A DNA stretch of 34,649 nucleotides. Source: Streptomyces sp. (GTDB lineage: Bacteria; Actinomycetota; Actinomycetes; Streptomycetales; Streptomycetaceae). Position numbers and translations under genes: made by a program. The notes under the pieces were generated by a model that was not told where the DNA came from, ran no database searches, and saw only the letters and a program-made list of their open reading frames with translations. This document shows, one piece after another, positions 27,201-34,649 of this stretch. Numbering within the stretch: position 1 is the stretch's first letter; every line of letters begins with the position of its first letter. Where the stretch lies: positions 1 through 34,649 of the forward strand of contig DATMEI010000242.1 in NCBI GenBank assembly GCA_035556995.1, read 5' to 3'.

Positions 27201-27692
27201 GAGTTGCCGGGAGCGGAGAGCGACGGCGTGGACGCGCCGGAGATCGTCGACGAGCGGGACCTGGCGGCTCTGAAGGAGGCCTTCAGGCGTTCGCCGTACG
27301 CTCAGCGCTCTCCGTACCGGGTGGAGGAGCCGTTCCAGCTCGAACTCGCTGGCCGGATCATCCGCGGCCGTATCGACGCGGTGTACCGCGATGTCGCCCC
27401 GGACGGTACGGCGACGTACGAGATCGTCGACTGGAAGACCAGCCGTGGCCGCACAGCCGATCCGCTTCAGCTCTCCGTCTACCGCCTCGCCTGGGCCGAG
27501 AAGCAGGACGTGCCGCTCACATCGGTCGATGCCGGATTCCTCTACGTACGTGGCGGCGAACTGGTCCGCCCGGCCGCGCTCCTGGACCGTACGGGCCTCG
27601 AACGGTTGCTGCTCGGTGAGAGCAACGAGCACCTCGACGACAGCGGCGGGGGAGACACCGGCCGGGCCGGAGACACCGCGCACAGGGCCTGA
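24252..27692 (+). CDS. adnB: AdnB subunit of the AdnAB helicase-nuclease
   Basis: AGAGSGKT, LTFTNKAA, DEYQD, GDPCQAIYGWRGA, TAHKAKGLEW, EELRLGYVTFTR. Nuclease motifs GRIDAV, VDWKT, QLSVY. Start moved to GTG 24252. Confidence 0.9.
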   Translation: MPAQLTDTEQLEELLGIPFTPEQIACITAPLAPQVIVAGAGSGKTTVMAARVVWLVGTGQVLPEQVLGLTFTNKAAGELTERVRRALVRAGVTDPDPEDPEHAPGEPQISTYHAFAGRILSDHGLRLGIEPGARLLADATRFQLAASVLRSDPGPFEALTKTVTALVEDLLALDGELSEHLVVPDRLRTYDTGLRAELQNAPLSNAALRKVPEAALGRDELLGLVEKYRARKRERDLLDFGDQIALAARLARDVPDVGRILREQFSVVLLDEYQDTSVAQRVLLAGLFGAGGGTGGRPRGDGAGHAVTAVGDPCQAIYGWRGASVANLDDFPRHFPYADGKPARRFSLSENRRSGGRLLSLANSLAAPLRERHEGVEALRAAPGAEGDGTVRCALLSTHTEELDWLADSLAHLVRTGTPPGEIAVLCRGAGDFAEIQGALVAREIPVEVVGLSGLLHLPEVADLVATCEVLQDPTANASLVRLLTGPRWRIGPRDLALLGRRARLLVQHARDHGDDADGRLAAAVEGTDPAEVISLADALETFLESDGHEDGLPFSAAARVRFARLAAEIRDLRRSLADPLMDVLHRVLTATGLEVELSASPHALAARRRETLSNFLDIAASFAAVDGEATLLAFLGFLRTAVQYEKGLDSSLPGGENTVKVLTAHKAKGLEWDVVAVPGLVAKQFPSEQPRESWLSRHRVLPHALRGDAATLPEVEEWSAKGVRNYDTAMRDHQATEELRLGYVTFTRPRSLLLGSGHWWGPSQKRSRGPSAFLKALREHCEADPAHGEVEHWADVPAEDAENPLLAAAAEERAWPMPLNADALAHRRAAADAVLAHLGHLAGSAGDAGSAVEAGAVDSGATGAAGDAPDRVRPERVRPEQDAGAQLTPEETRLTASWDRDLDALAGELRRSRVTERDVPLPASLTASQLMRMASDPEGFARELARPMPRPPEPAAARRGARFHAWVESRFEELTLPMLGPDELPGAESDGVDAPEIVDERDLAALKEAFRRSPYAQRSPYRVEEPFQLELAGRIIRGRIDAVYRDVAPDGTATYEIVDWKTSRGRTADPLQLSVYRLAWAEKQDVPLTSVDAGFLYVRGGELVRPAALLDRTGLERLLLGESNEHLDDSGGGDTGRAGDTAHRA

Positions 27693-27814
27693 GCGGCGGC
27701 AGACGGGCGGTTGGAGAGACGGAAAGGTGGAGCCGGACGAGCCGCACGGCGAGCCGGATAGTGCGTGGGATCGCGATGCGGATGGTCCCCCGAATGCCGG
27801 ATAGGCTTCCCGGC

Positions 27815-29272
27815 ATGAGCAGCAGCCCGGCAGCACCGGACGACGCCGTCCGGGCCTGCATCGATGAGAGTCGCACCGCCTTCCTCGACGACCTCGTGGA
27901 TTGGCTGCGCATTCCGTCGGTGTCGGCCGATCCGGCTCACGGCGACGACTTGAGGCGCAGCGCGGCGTGGCTGGCCGGCAAGCTCACCGCGGAGGGATTC
28001 CCGGTCGCCGAGATCTGGGAGACGCCGGGCGCACCCGCCGTCTTCGCGGAGTGGCCGTCCGGCGAACCGGATGCGCCGACCGTCCTCGTCTACGGGCATC
28101 ACGACGTCCAGCCCGCGGCCCTCACAGACGGCTGGCACTCGGAGCCTTTCGTCCCCGAGGAACGCGACGGCCGCCTGTACGCACGCGGTGCCGCCGACGA
28201 CAAGGGCCAGGTCTTCCTCCACACCCTGGGCGTACGGGCGCACCTCGCAGCCACAGGCCGTACGGCCCCCGCCGTCAACCTCAAGCTGCTGATCGAGGGC
28301 GAGGAAGAGTCCGGCTCACCGCACTTCCCCGACCTGGCACGGGCAAAGGCCGACCGGCTCGCCTGCGACGCCGCGATCGTCTCCGACACCGGCATGTGGT
28401 CCGCGCAGACGCCGACCGTGTGCACGGGCATGCGCGGACTGGCCGACTGCCAGATCGACCTGTACGGGCCGGACCAGGACATCCACTCCGGTTCCTTCGG
28501 CGGTGCCGTGCCCAACCCCGCCACCGAGGCCGCCCGGCTGGCCGCCCGTCTGCACGACGAGGACCAACGCGTCACGCTCCCCGGTTTCTACGACGGGGTC
28601 GTCGAGCTGACCGACAGCGAACGCAGGCTCTTCGCCGAACTCCCCTTCGATGAAGGCGCCTGGCTGCGTACCGCCCATTCGCACGCGACCCTCGGCGAGA
28701 CCGGCTACACCACTCTGGAGCGGATCTGGGCGCGCCCCACCGCAGAGGTGAACGGCATCGGCGGCGGCTATCAGGGACCCGGCGGGAAGACCGTGATCCC
28801 GTCGAGGGCACAACTGAAGCTCTCCTTCCGGCTCGTCGCTGGGCAGGACACGGAGAAGGTCCAGCAGTCGGTGCGCGAGTGGGTGGCGCAGAACCTGCCG
28901 GACGGCATCCGGCACGAGATCACCTTCTGGGGTGCCGCCCGCCCCTGCCTCACCCCGCTCGGCCATCCCGCGCTGCAGTCGGTCGTACGGTCGATGGAGC
29001 GCGCGTTCGGGCAGCGGATCCGCTTCACACGTGAGGGCGGGTCCGGGCCGGCGGCCGACCTGCAGGACGTGCTGGGGGTGCCGGTGCTCTTCCTGGGGAT
29101 CTCCATCCCCTCGGACGGCTGGCACGCGCCGAACGAGAAGGTCGAACTGGACCTGCTGATGAAGGGCGCCGAGGCGACCGCATATCTCTGGGGGGACCTC
29201 GCAGAGAACTGGAGCACACAGACCGCACTGAGTGAGGAGTCCGCACTGAGTGAGCAGAGCCGTGAGGGCTAG
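27815..29272 (+). CDS. M20/M25/M40 family metallo-dipeptidase
   Basis: YGHHDVQP, RGAADDKG, EGEEESGS, HSGSFGG, WHAPNE. ATG 27815 lies 7 nt after TAGGCT (leaderless). Confidence 0.92.
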   Translation: MSSSPAAPDDAVRACIDESRTAFLDDLVDWLRIPSVSADPAHGDDLRRSAAWLAGKLTAEGFPVAEIWETPGAPAVFAEWPSGEPDAPTVLVYGHHDVQPAALTDGWHSEPFVPEERDGRLYARGAADDKGQVFLHTLGVRAHLAATGRTAPAVNLKLLIEGEEESGSPHFPDLARAKADRLACDAAIVSDTGMWSAQTPTVCTGMRGLADCQIDLYGPDQDIHSGSFGGAVPNPATEAARLAARLHDEDQRVTLPGFYDGVVELTDSERRLFAELPFDEGAWLRTAHSHATLGETGYTTLERIWARPTAEVNGIGGGYQGPGGKTVIPSRAQLKLSFRLVAGQDTEKVQQSVREWVAQNLPDGIRHEITFWGAARPCLTPLGHPALQSVVRSMERAFGQRIRFTREGGSGPAADLQDVLGVPVLFLGISIPSDGWHAPNEKVELDLLMKGAEATAYLWGDLAENWSTQTALSEESALSEQSREG

Positions 29273-29389
29273 CGCGGGCAGCAGCCGCCACCGGCTTCGC
29301 GGAACCGTGCGCTCTGCCCGTACGTACGCACAGCACGCCGGGTCCCGGCACGACCAGCAGCGCCGTCGCAGGAGGAGTAGGAAGCCCAA

Positions 29390-30343
29390 GTGACCATCTG
29401 GACCGACCGCACCGCAGACGCCGACCGTCCCATCACCCTGACTCCCACCGGTGGCATCGACCGGGCCGCGCATTACCGGATGGATGAGGCATGGCTGGCT
29501 GCGGCGTGGAGTCACCCGACGACGCGGGTCTTCGTGGTCTCGGGCGGACAGGCGCTGATCGAGGACAACAGCGACGGCCAGACGGAGCTGGTGATGATGC
29601 CGTCGTTCGACGCCCCCTTCACCGAGGCGCACCGCTACTTCCTCGGCGTCGACGAGGACGGCATTCGCTATTTCGCTCTGCAGAAGGACGCATTGCCGGG
29701 GCGTATGGACGACATCGCACGCCCCGCCGGACTGCGCGAAGCGGGCGTGCTGCTCTCCCCACGTGACGCCGAGCTGATGGCCCACGCCATCGGACTGGAG
29801 AACTGGCAGCGCACGCACCGGTTCTGCTCCCGCTGCGGCGAGCGTACGGTCATCGCGGCGGCCGGACATCTCCGCCGCTGTCAGGCCTGCGGTGCTGAGC
29901 ACTACCCGCGAACCGACCCCGCCGTGATCATGCTCGTGACGGATGAGAGCGACCGTGCCCTGCTGGGCCGTCAGGTTCACTGGCCCGAGGGACGCTTCTC
30001 GACGCTCGCAGGTTTCGTCGAGCCCGGTGAGTCCCTGGAGGCGGCGGTCGTCCGTGAGGTCGCCGAGGAGGCGGGCGTCTCGGTGGGCGAGGTCGACTAC
30101 GTGGCCAGCCAGCCCTGGCCGTTCCCGGCCAGCCTGATGCTGGGCTTCATGGCCCGTGCCACCTCACCGGACATCCGGGTGGACGGGGACGAGATCGAAG
30201 AGGCCCGATGGTTCTCCCGCGAGGACATCCGGAATGCGATCAGCTCCGGGGAGGTGCTGGCGCCGGCCGGGATCTCCATCGCGGCGCGCCTGGTCGAGCT
30301 CTGGTACGGCGAGCCGCTGCCCCGTCCGGACCGGAAGGTGTGA
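29390..30343 (+). CDS. nudC: NAD(+) diphosphatase NudC
   Basis: Zinc ribbon FCSRCG...CQAC, YPRTDPAVI, Nudix box GFVEPGESLEAAVVREVAEEAG, SQPWPFP. SD GGAGGAG. Confidence 0.95.
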   Translation: MTIWTDRTADADRPITLTPTGGIDRAAHYRMDEAWLAAAWSHPTTRVFVVSGGQALIEDNSDGQTELVMMPSFDAPFTEAHRYFLGVDEDGIRYFALQKDALPGRMDDIARPAGLREAGVLLSPRDAELMAHAIGLENWQRTHRFCSRCGERTVIAAAGHLRRCQACGAEHYPRTDPAVIMLVTDESDRALLGRQVHWPEGRFSTLAGFVEPGESLEAAVVREVAEEAGVSVGEVDYVASQPWPFPASLMLGFMARATSPDIRVDGDEIEEARWFSREDIRNAISSGEVLAPAGISIAARLVELWYGEPLPRPDRKV

Positions 30344-30398
30344 GGCGGAGCACTCGCCGACTTGCGGGCTCGCGTACGGAGCGCGCGCCTCGGCACAC

Positions 30399-30433
30399 CA
30401 CCGGCCCGGAGCTGTGACGCTGCCGGGCCGGTG
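30399..30433. terminator. Hairpin between convergent nudC and mrx1
   Basis: CACCGGCCCGG ... CCGGGCCGGTG inverted repeat. Confidence 0.65.
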
Positions 30434-30449
30434 ACTCGGACGCCGGTTC

Positions 30450-30692
30450 TCAGACGCCGACCCTCTCCTTCACCTGGGCCAGCGAAGGGTTGGTCAGCGT
30501 GGAACCGTCGGGGAAGAGAACGGTCGGCACCGTCTGGTTGCCGCCGTTGGCCTTCTCGACGAAGTCCGCCGAATCCGGGTCGTGCTCGATGTTGATCTCG
30601 GTGTACGCGATTCCCGCGCGGTCCATCTGGCCCTTCAGCCGACGGCAGTAGCCACACCATGTGGTGCTGTACATCGTCACGTTTCCCGACAT
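30450..30692 (-). CDS. mrx1: Mycoredoxin (glutaredoxin-like)
   Basis: MYSTTWCGYCRRLK, NGGNQTVPTV, LTNPS. ATG 30692 with upstream GAAGGAG. The ORF-track extension is rejected. Confidence 0.92.
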   Translation of the reverse strand: MSGNVTMYSTTWCGYCRRLKGQMDRAGIAYTEINIEHDPDSADFVEKANGGNQTVPTVLFPDGSTLTNPSLAQVKERVGV

Positions 30693-30797
30693 GGGTTCTC
30701 GCGCTCCTTCGTCTCCGTTGGTGTCTGAGGGAACGTGCGAGCGAACCAGACCATTCCCGTGGCTGCCGAAGTGTGAGTACGACGATCTGAATTCAGC

Positions 30798-30806
30798 TGT
30801 GGACAA
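30798..30806. promoter_or_regulatory. Perfect Streptomyces-type DnaA box (TTGTCCACA on the - strand)
   Basis: TGTGGACAA in the mrx1/uvrD2 divergent intergenic region. Confidence 0.5.
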
Positions 30807-30845
30807 GCGTCACGGGCGTCTCGGGAGACCTGGCAGCATGGCGGG

Positions 30846-33161
30846 GTGACAGCAGCAACGGACTCCACTCTGTTTTCCAACCCCGATCAGGACGCGTACG
30901 CGGGTCCCCCTCGTGACGCCGACGCGGTGCTGGAAGGGCTCGATCCCGAACAGCGTGAAGTGGCGACGGCCCTGCACGGTCCGGTGTGCGTGCTGGCCGG
31001 GGCCGGCACGGGCAAGACCCGCGCGATCACCCACCGGATCGCCTACGGCGTGCGCGCCGGCATCCTGGCGCCCGCAAGTGTGCTCGCGGTCACCTTCACC
31101 AGCCGGTCCGCTGGGGAGATGCGCGGGCGGCTGCGGCAGCTGGGAGCGAGCGGGGTCCAGGCTCGTACGTTCCACTCGGCCGCGCTCCGGCAGCTTCAGT
31201 TCTTCTGGCCGCGGGCGGTCGGGGGTGAACTGCCCAGGCTGCTGGAGCGCAAGGTGCAGCTCGTCGCGGAGGCCGCAGCCCGTTGCCGCCTCCGCCTGGA
31301 CCGCAACGAACTGCGGGATGTCACCGGTGAGATCGAGTGGTCGAAGGTGACGCAGACGGTGCCGGAGGACTATCCGGCCGTGGTGGCCAAGGCAAGCCGG
31401 ATCGCGCCCCGCGACCCGGCCGAGACCGCCCGCGTCTTCGGGCTCTACGAGCAGCTCAAGCGCGAGCGTTCAGTGATGGACTTCGAAGACGTGCTGCTGC
31501 TGACCGTAGGTGTGCTGCAGGACCGTCCCGACATCGCCGAAACGGTCCGCGGGCAGTATCAGCACTTCGTGGTCGACGAGTATCAGGACGTCAGCCCGCT
31601 CCAGCAGCGGCTGCTGGAACTGTGGGTGGGGGACCGGGAGAGCTTGTGCGTCGTGGGCGACGCCAGCCAGACGATCTACTCCTTCACCGGCGCCACCCCG
31701 GACCATCTGCTCAACTTCCGCGCCGGCCACCCGAACGCGACCGTCGTCAAACTCGTGCGGGACTACCGCTCGACGCCCCAGGTCGTCCACCTCGCCAACG
31801 GCTTGCTCTCCCAGGCGGTCGGCCGTGCCGCCGAACACCGCCTGGAGCTGGTCTCGCAGCGGGAAGCCGGCCCCGAGCCGGTGTACGCGGAATACGCAGA
31901 CGAGCCCTCCGAGGCCGAGGGCACCGCCAAACGCATCCGGGAGCTGATCGACTCCGGTGTCCCGGCCAGCGAGATCGCGGTGCTCTACCGCATCAACGCG
32001 CAGTCCGAGGTCTACGAGCAGGCTCTCGTGGACGCCGACGTCCCGTATCAACTCCGGGGCGCCGAGCGGTTCTTCGAACGGCCGGAGGTCCGTGAGGCGG
32101 GGGTTGCGCTGCGCAGCGCGGCCCGCTTCGGTGAGAACGACAGCCTGCTCGACGGCGCCGTCGATCTCCCCTCACAGGTCCGGGCCGTACTCAGCGGCAC
32201 CGGCTGGACGCCGGAAGCTCCGGCTGGCTCCGGCGCGGTTCGCGACCGGTGGGAGTCCCTGACGGCTCTCGTCCGGCTCGCTGAATCCCTCTCGGCCGGC
32301 CGCACCGCGGGAGGCGGCGAGGCGCCGACGCTCAGCGAGTTCGTGGCGGAGCTGGACGAGAGGGCCAACGCACAGCACGCCCCGACGGTCGAGGGCGTCA
32401 CCCTCGCCTCGCTCCACTCCGCCAAGGGACTGGAATGGGACGCGGTGTTCCTGCCGGGACTCACCGAAGGCATGATGCCGATCACCCACGCCAAGACGGA
32501 CGTTCAGGTCGAGGAGGAGCGCCGGCTGCTCTACGTCGGCGTCACACGGGCACGCCACCACCTCACTCTCTCCTGGGCACTCTCGCGCTCGCCGGGAGGC
32601 CGTGGCGGGCGGCGGCCCAGCCGGTTCCTGAACGGGCTGCGCCCGGGGTCCACGGCCACAGGCGCACGTACGGCCGGTGGTGGCGGCGGCATCGAACGCG
32701 GCCGTGGCGACGGCAGCCGTACGCGCAAGCGTCGCGGTCCCGTCAGGTGCCGGGTGTGCGGGCGCTCGCTGACGGACCCCGGCGAGATGAAGCTGATGCG
32801 CTGTGAAGGCTGCCCCTCCGACCTCGACGAGCAGCTGTACGAGCGGCTGCGGGAGTGGCGTTCGGACCAGGCGAAGCAACTGGGCCAGCCCGCCTACTGC
32901 GTCTTCACCGACAAGACGCTCCTGGCGATCGCCGAGACCGTGCCCGACGACGAGGCGGCGCTGTCGCGGATCTCCGGAGTGGGGGGACGCAAGTTGGAAC
33001 GGTTCGGCTCTGACGTCCTCGCGCTGTGTGCGGGTGAGGAGTTGGGGGGCGCGGAGGTCGAGGAGCCGGTGGAGGAAGCCCCGGCCGAACTCACAGCCGA
33101 ACGCGCGGCAGAGCCCTCTTCGCATGTCTCGGAAGGTTTTCAGGAGACGGCGGAAAAATAG
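30846..33161 (+). CDS. uvrD2: ATP-dependent DNA helicase UvrD2
   Basis: AGAGTGKT, DEYQD, GDASQTIY, SLHSAKGLEW, EERRLLYVGVTRA, tetracysteine CRVC...CEGC, C-terminal HRDC (LREWR...PAYCVFTDKTL). Confidence 0.95.
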   Translation: MTAATDSTLFSNPDQDAYAGPPRDADAVLEGLDPEQREVATALHGPVCVLAGAGTGKTRAITHRIAYGVRAGILAPASVLAVTFTSRSAGEMRGRLRQLGASGVQARTFHSAALRQLQFFWPRAVGGELPRLLERKVQLVAEAAARCRLRLDRNELRDVTGEIEWSKVTQTVPEDYPAVVAKASRIAPRDPAETARVFGLYEQLKRERSVMDFEDVLLLTVGVLQDRPDIAETVRGQYQHFVVDEYQDVSPLQQRLLELWVGDRESLCVVGDASQTIYSFTGATPDHLLNFRAGHPNATVVKLVRDYRSTPQVVHLANGLLSQAVGRAAEHRLELVSQREAGPEPVYAEYADEPSEAEGTAKRIRELIDSGVPASEIAVLYRINAQSEVYEQALVDADVPYQLRGAERFFERPEVREAGVALRSAARFGENDSLLDGAVDLPSQVRAVLSGTGWTPEAPAGSGAVRDRWESLTALVRLAESLSAGRTAGGGEAPTLSEFVAELDERANAQHAPTVEGVTLASLHSAKGLEWDAVFLPGLTEGMMPITHAKTDVQVEEERRLLYVGVTRARHHLTLSWALSRSPGGRGGRRPSRFLNGLRPGSTATGARTAGGGGGIERGRGDGSRTRKRRGPVRCRVCGRSLTDPGEMKLMRCEGCPSDLDEQLYERLREWRSDQAKQLGQPAYCVFTDKTLLAIAETVPDDEAALSRISGVGGRKLERFGSDVLALCAGEELGGAEVEEPVEEAPAELTAERAAEPSSHVSEGFQETAEK

Positions 33162-33192
33162 TTTGCGCGCGCTGTCCGGAGCACCATAGCCT
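33153..33192 (+). promoter_or_regulatory. WblC/WhiB7-dependent (autoregulated) promoter
   Basis: AT-rich GAAAAATA just upstream of -35 TTGCGC (33163-33168), 18-nt spacer, -10 TAGCCT (33187-33192). Overlaps the uvrD2 stop. Confidence 0.75.
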
Positions 33193-33310
33193 TCCGGACG
33201 TGGACAGGGCGGGGGGTTTCCGCTCCACCCCATCCATGCTGTACTGACTCCTGCACGTTTGTGGATCTGCTTCGGCTGATCCCCCGAGTCGCCGAAAGGA
33301 GGCGAGCCCA

Positions 33311-33586
33311 GTGATCGACTTCATTACCACCACCAGGATGACCGACCGCTCGGTCGTCGCCTCCTGCCTGCCCGCCTTCCGGGTCAACGGCGGCGGTCTG
33401 TCCGGCGTCGTTCTCAACGGCGTCGAGCGACCGGCCAAGGCACTTGAGGTAGCGACAGCAGCGGTGCAGGCACCGGCCTATGCCCCCGCGTTCGCAGCCG
33501 CAGGTGTCGGCGACCGCAGCCAGAAGACGAAGCACAACCCGATGTGGGCCTTCCGTGGGCTCGAACCCTGGAGAGATCCAGCCTGA
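33311..33586 (+). CDS. wblC leader uORF (91 aa)
   Basis: SD AAAGGAGG before GTG, MTDRSVV N-terminal part, WAFRGLEPWRDPA end, directly followed by a terminator upstream of wblC. Confidence 0.8.
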   Translation: MIDFITTTRMTDRSVVASCLPAFRVNGGGLSGVVLNGVERPAKALEVATAAVQAPAYAPAFAAAGVGDRSQKTKHNPMWAFRGLEPWRDPA

Positions 33587-33612
33587 TCGGCAAGATCAGG
33601 TCGGCACCTTCC

Positions 33613-33654
33613 AGGGCCGCGGAACCCACACAGGGATCCGCGGCCCTTCTGTTT
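33613..33654 (+). terminator. Conditional intrinsic terminator (attenuator) in the wblC leader
   Basis: AGGGCCGCGGA / TCCGCGGCCCT stem followed by TCTGTTT. Confidence 0.85.
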
Positions 33655-33720
33655 GCCCCCGTCCGGCCACCAGCCGGGCAGACCAGACAACAGACATCGA
33701 CAGACGAGGAAGAACCGGCA

Positions 33721-34086
33721 GTGCACCTCGATACGCACACTCCGTCACCCACGACAGACCTGATGCCGACCGATGCCACCACGGAGGACCCCGTGCCCGC
33801 CCCGCTGACTACGCTCACCGAGCTCGACGACGCCATCGAGCGCCTCGGTGTCGCCGTGCCCTGCCGTTCCTACGACCCCGAGGTCTTCTTCGCCGAAGCC
33901 CCGGCGGATGTGGAGTACGCGAAGACGCTGTGCCAGACCTGCCCGCTGCGCGAGGCCTGCCTCGCAGGTGCCAAGGACCGCCGTGAGCCCTGGGGCGTCT
34001 GGGGTGGCGAGCTGTTCGTCCAGGGAGTCGTCGTTCCCAGGAAGCGTCCGCGTGGACGTCCGCGTAAGAACCCGGTCACAGCATGA
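33721..34086 (+). CDS. wblC: WhiB7/WblC transcriptional activator of antibiotic-resistance genes
   Basis: Four Cys (C...CQTCPLREAC), EPWGVWGG turn, C-terminal AT-hook RPRGRPRK. GTG 33721 follows GAGGAAG. Confidence 0.95.
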   Translation: MHLDTHTPSPTTDLMPTDATTEDPVPAPLTTLTELDDAIERLGVAVPCRSYDPEVFFAEAPADVEYAKTLCQTCPLREACLAGAKDRREPWGVWGGELFVQGVVVPRKRPRGRPRKNPVTA

Positions 34087-34406
34087 CGACCGCCGGCACG
34101 ATCAACCGCCCGAAGACGCGCGATCCGCAGCTGCGTCACCTTCCGAAGCAGGATCCGACGATGACACCCACTTCCGAGACCACGAACCAGTCCAGCGTCG
34201 AGGCGAACGCCTCGCGTCAGAACAGGAACCGAGAAATGCAACTCATGCCAGAATCCCTGGCGCGAGCCCATATGAACGACCGCCTGCACGAGGCCGAGTC
34301 GCAACGCAGGGCTCTGCGCGTCACATCGGCCCGCCGCCTTCAGCGCCGTGCCGAACGTGCCTCCCTGCGCGCCCGCAGGGCGATCGCGATGGCAGTCATG
34401 CAGTGA
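34083..34406 (+). CDS. Small basic hypothetical protein coupled to wblC
   Basis: ATGA overlap with wblC and an Arg/Ala-rich helical C-half (MQLMPESLARAHM...RRAERASLRARRA). True start may be a downstream ATG. Confidence 0.7.
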   Translation: MTTAGTINRPKTRDPQLRHLPKQDPTMTPTSETTNQSSVEANASRQNRNREMQLMPESLARAHMNDRLHEAESQRRALRVTSARRLQRRAERASLRARRAIAMAVMQ

Positions 34407-34409
34407 ATC

Positions 34410-34448
34410 AACCGGAGAGCCGGGGCGTCACGCCCCGGCTCTCCGGTT
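34410..34448 (+). terminator. Intrinsic terminator closing the wblC operon
   Basis: 18-bp perfect stem AACCGGAGAGCCGGGGCG / CGCCCCGGCTCTCCGGTT. Confidence 0.8.
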
Positions 34449-34471
34449 TGCCCGGCGCTATCTTTCGGTGA

Positions 34472-34649
34472 ATGGACGACGAGAACGTGAGCGCGGGCGA
34501 GACGCGAGAGACCTCCTGCGCCGGCTGCGGAAAGGGCACCCGGGAGATCCCTCTCACCTGGATCAGCTCCCACGAGAACGGCGAGACGCGCTACTTCTGC
34601 GAGAGCTGCGTGCGGGAGAACATCCGAGCCATCGAAGGGCGTCTCGATC
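34472..34649 (+). CDS. Small CxxC...CxxC (Zn-ribbon-like) protein, 3'-truncated, absent from the ORF track
   Basis: MDDENVSAGETRETSCAGCGKGTREIPLTWISSHENGETRYFCESCVRENIRAIEGRLD..., high GC3, TATCTT (34459-34464) 7 nt before the ATG. Confidence 0.78.
   Translation, partial: MDDENVSAGETRETSCAGCGKGTREIPLTWISSHENGETRYFCESCVRENIRAIEGRLD

Noticed and set aside
30817-30839. PafBC-type motif upstream of uvrD2
   Set aside because: The -10-like CAGCAT is present, but the upstream hexamer (GTCTCG/CGTCTC) matches TGTCGG poorly.
19880-30846. LexA SOS boxes upstream of the repair genes
   Set aside because: No CGAAC-N4-GTTCG-like match was seen by eye in the intergenic regions.
20020-33161. ATL-helicase-nuclease-Nudix-helicase cluster as a novel defence system
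   Set aside because: It matches the known housekeeping adnAB-nudC-mrx1-uvrD2-whiB7 neighbourhood conserved in Actinobacteria, including mycobacteria.
1-34649. Frequent CGTACG palindromes
   Set aside because: They occur mostly within coding sequence and are plausibly explained by codon usage. Enrichment cannot be established without a genome-wide count.

Overview
High-GC actinobacterial DNA, almost certainly Streptomyces core chromosome. It carries the conserved actinobacterial block MarC - alpha/beta hydrolase - DEAD-box helicase - ferritin-like - DUF3107 - TetR - hydrolase - DUF3152 - moeZ - UPF0104 membrane protein - ATL - adnA - adnB - M20 dipeptidase - nudC - mrx1 - uvrD2 - uORF/wblC(whiB7). 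A four-gene operon sits between DUF3152 and moeZ: PelF/DUF3492-like GT4 glycosyltransferase, membrane protein, NAD epimerase-like, spherulin-4/GH135-like. It resembles Pel/galactosaminogalactan biosynthesis genes, but several catalytic motifs look degenerate, suggesting a pseudo-enzyme or repurposed system. Other notable signals are a probable CTG start and long 5' leader on the DEAD-box helicase, PafBC/RecA-NDp-type leaderless promoters before the ATL gene and adnB, a pseudokinase-flippase fusion, a perfect DnaA box between mrx1 and uvrD2, the wblC uORF attenuator, and many short in-frame tandem duplications. No rRNA, tRNA, CRISPR or mobile element was seen. All calls are by eye from motifs; no database searches were run.
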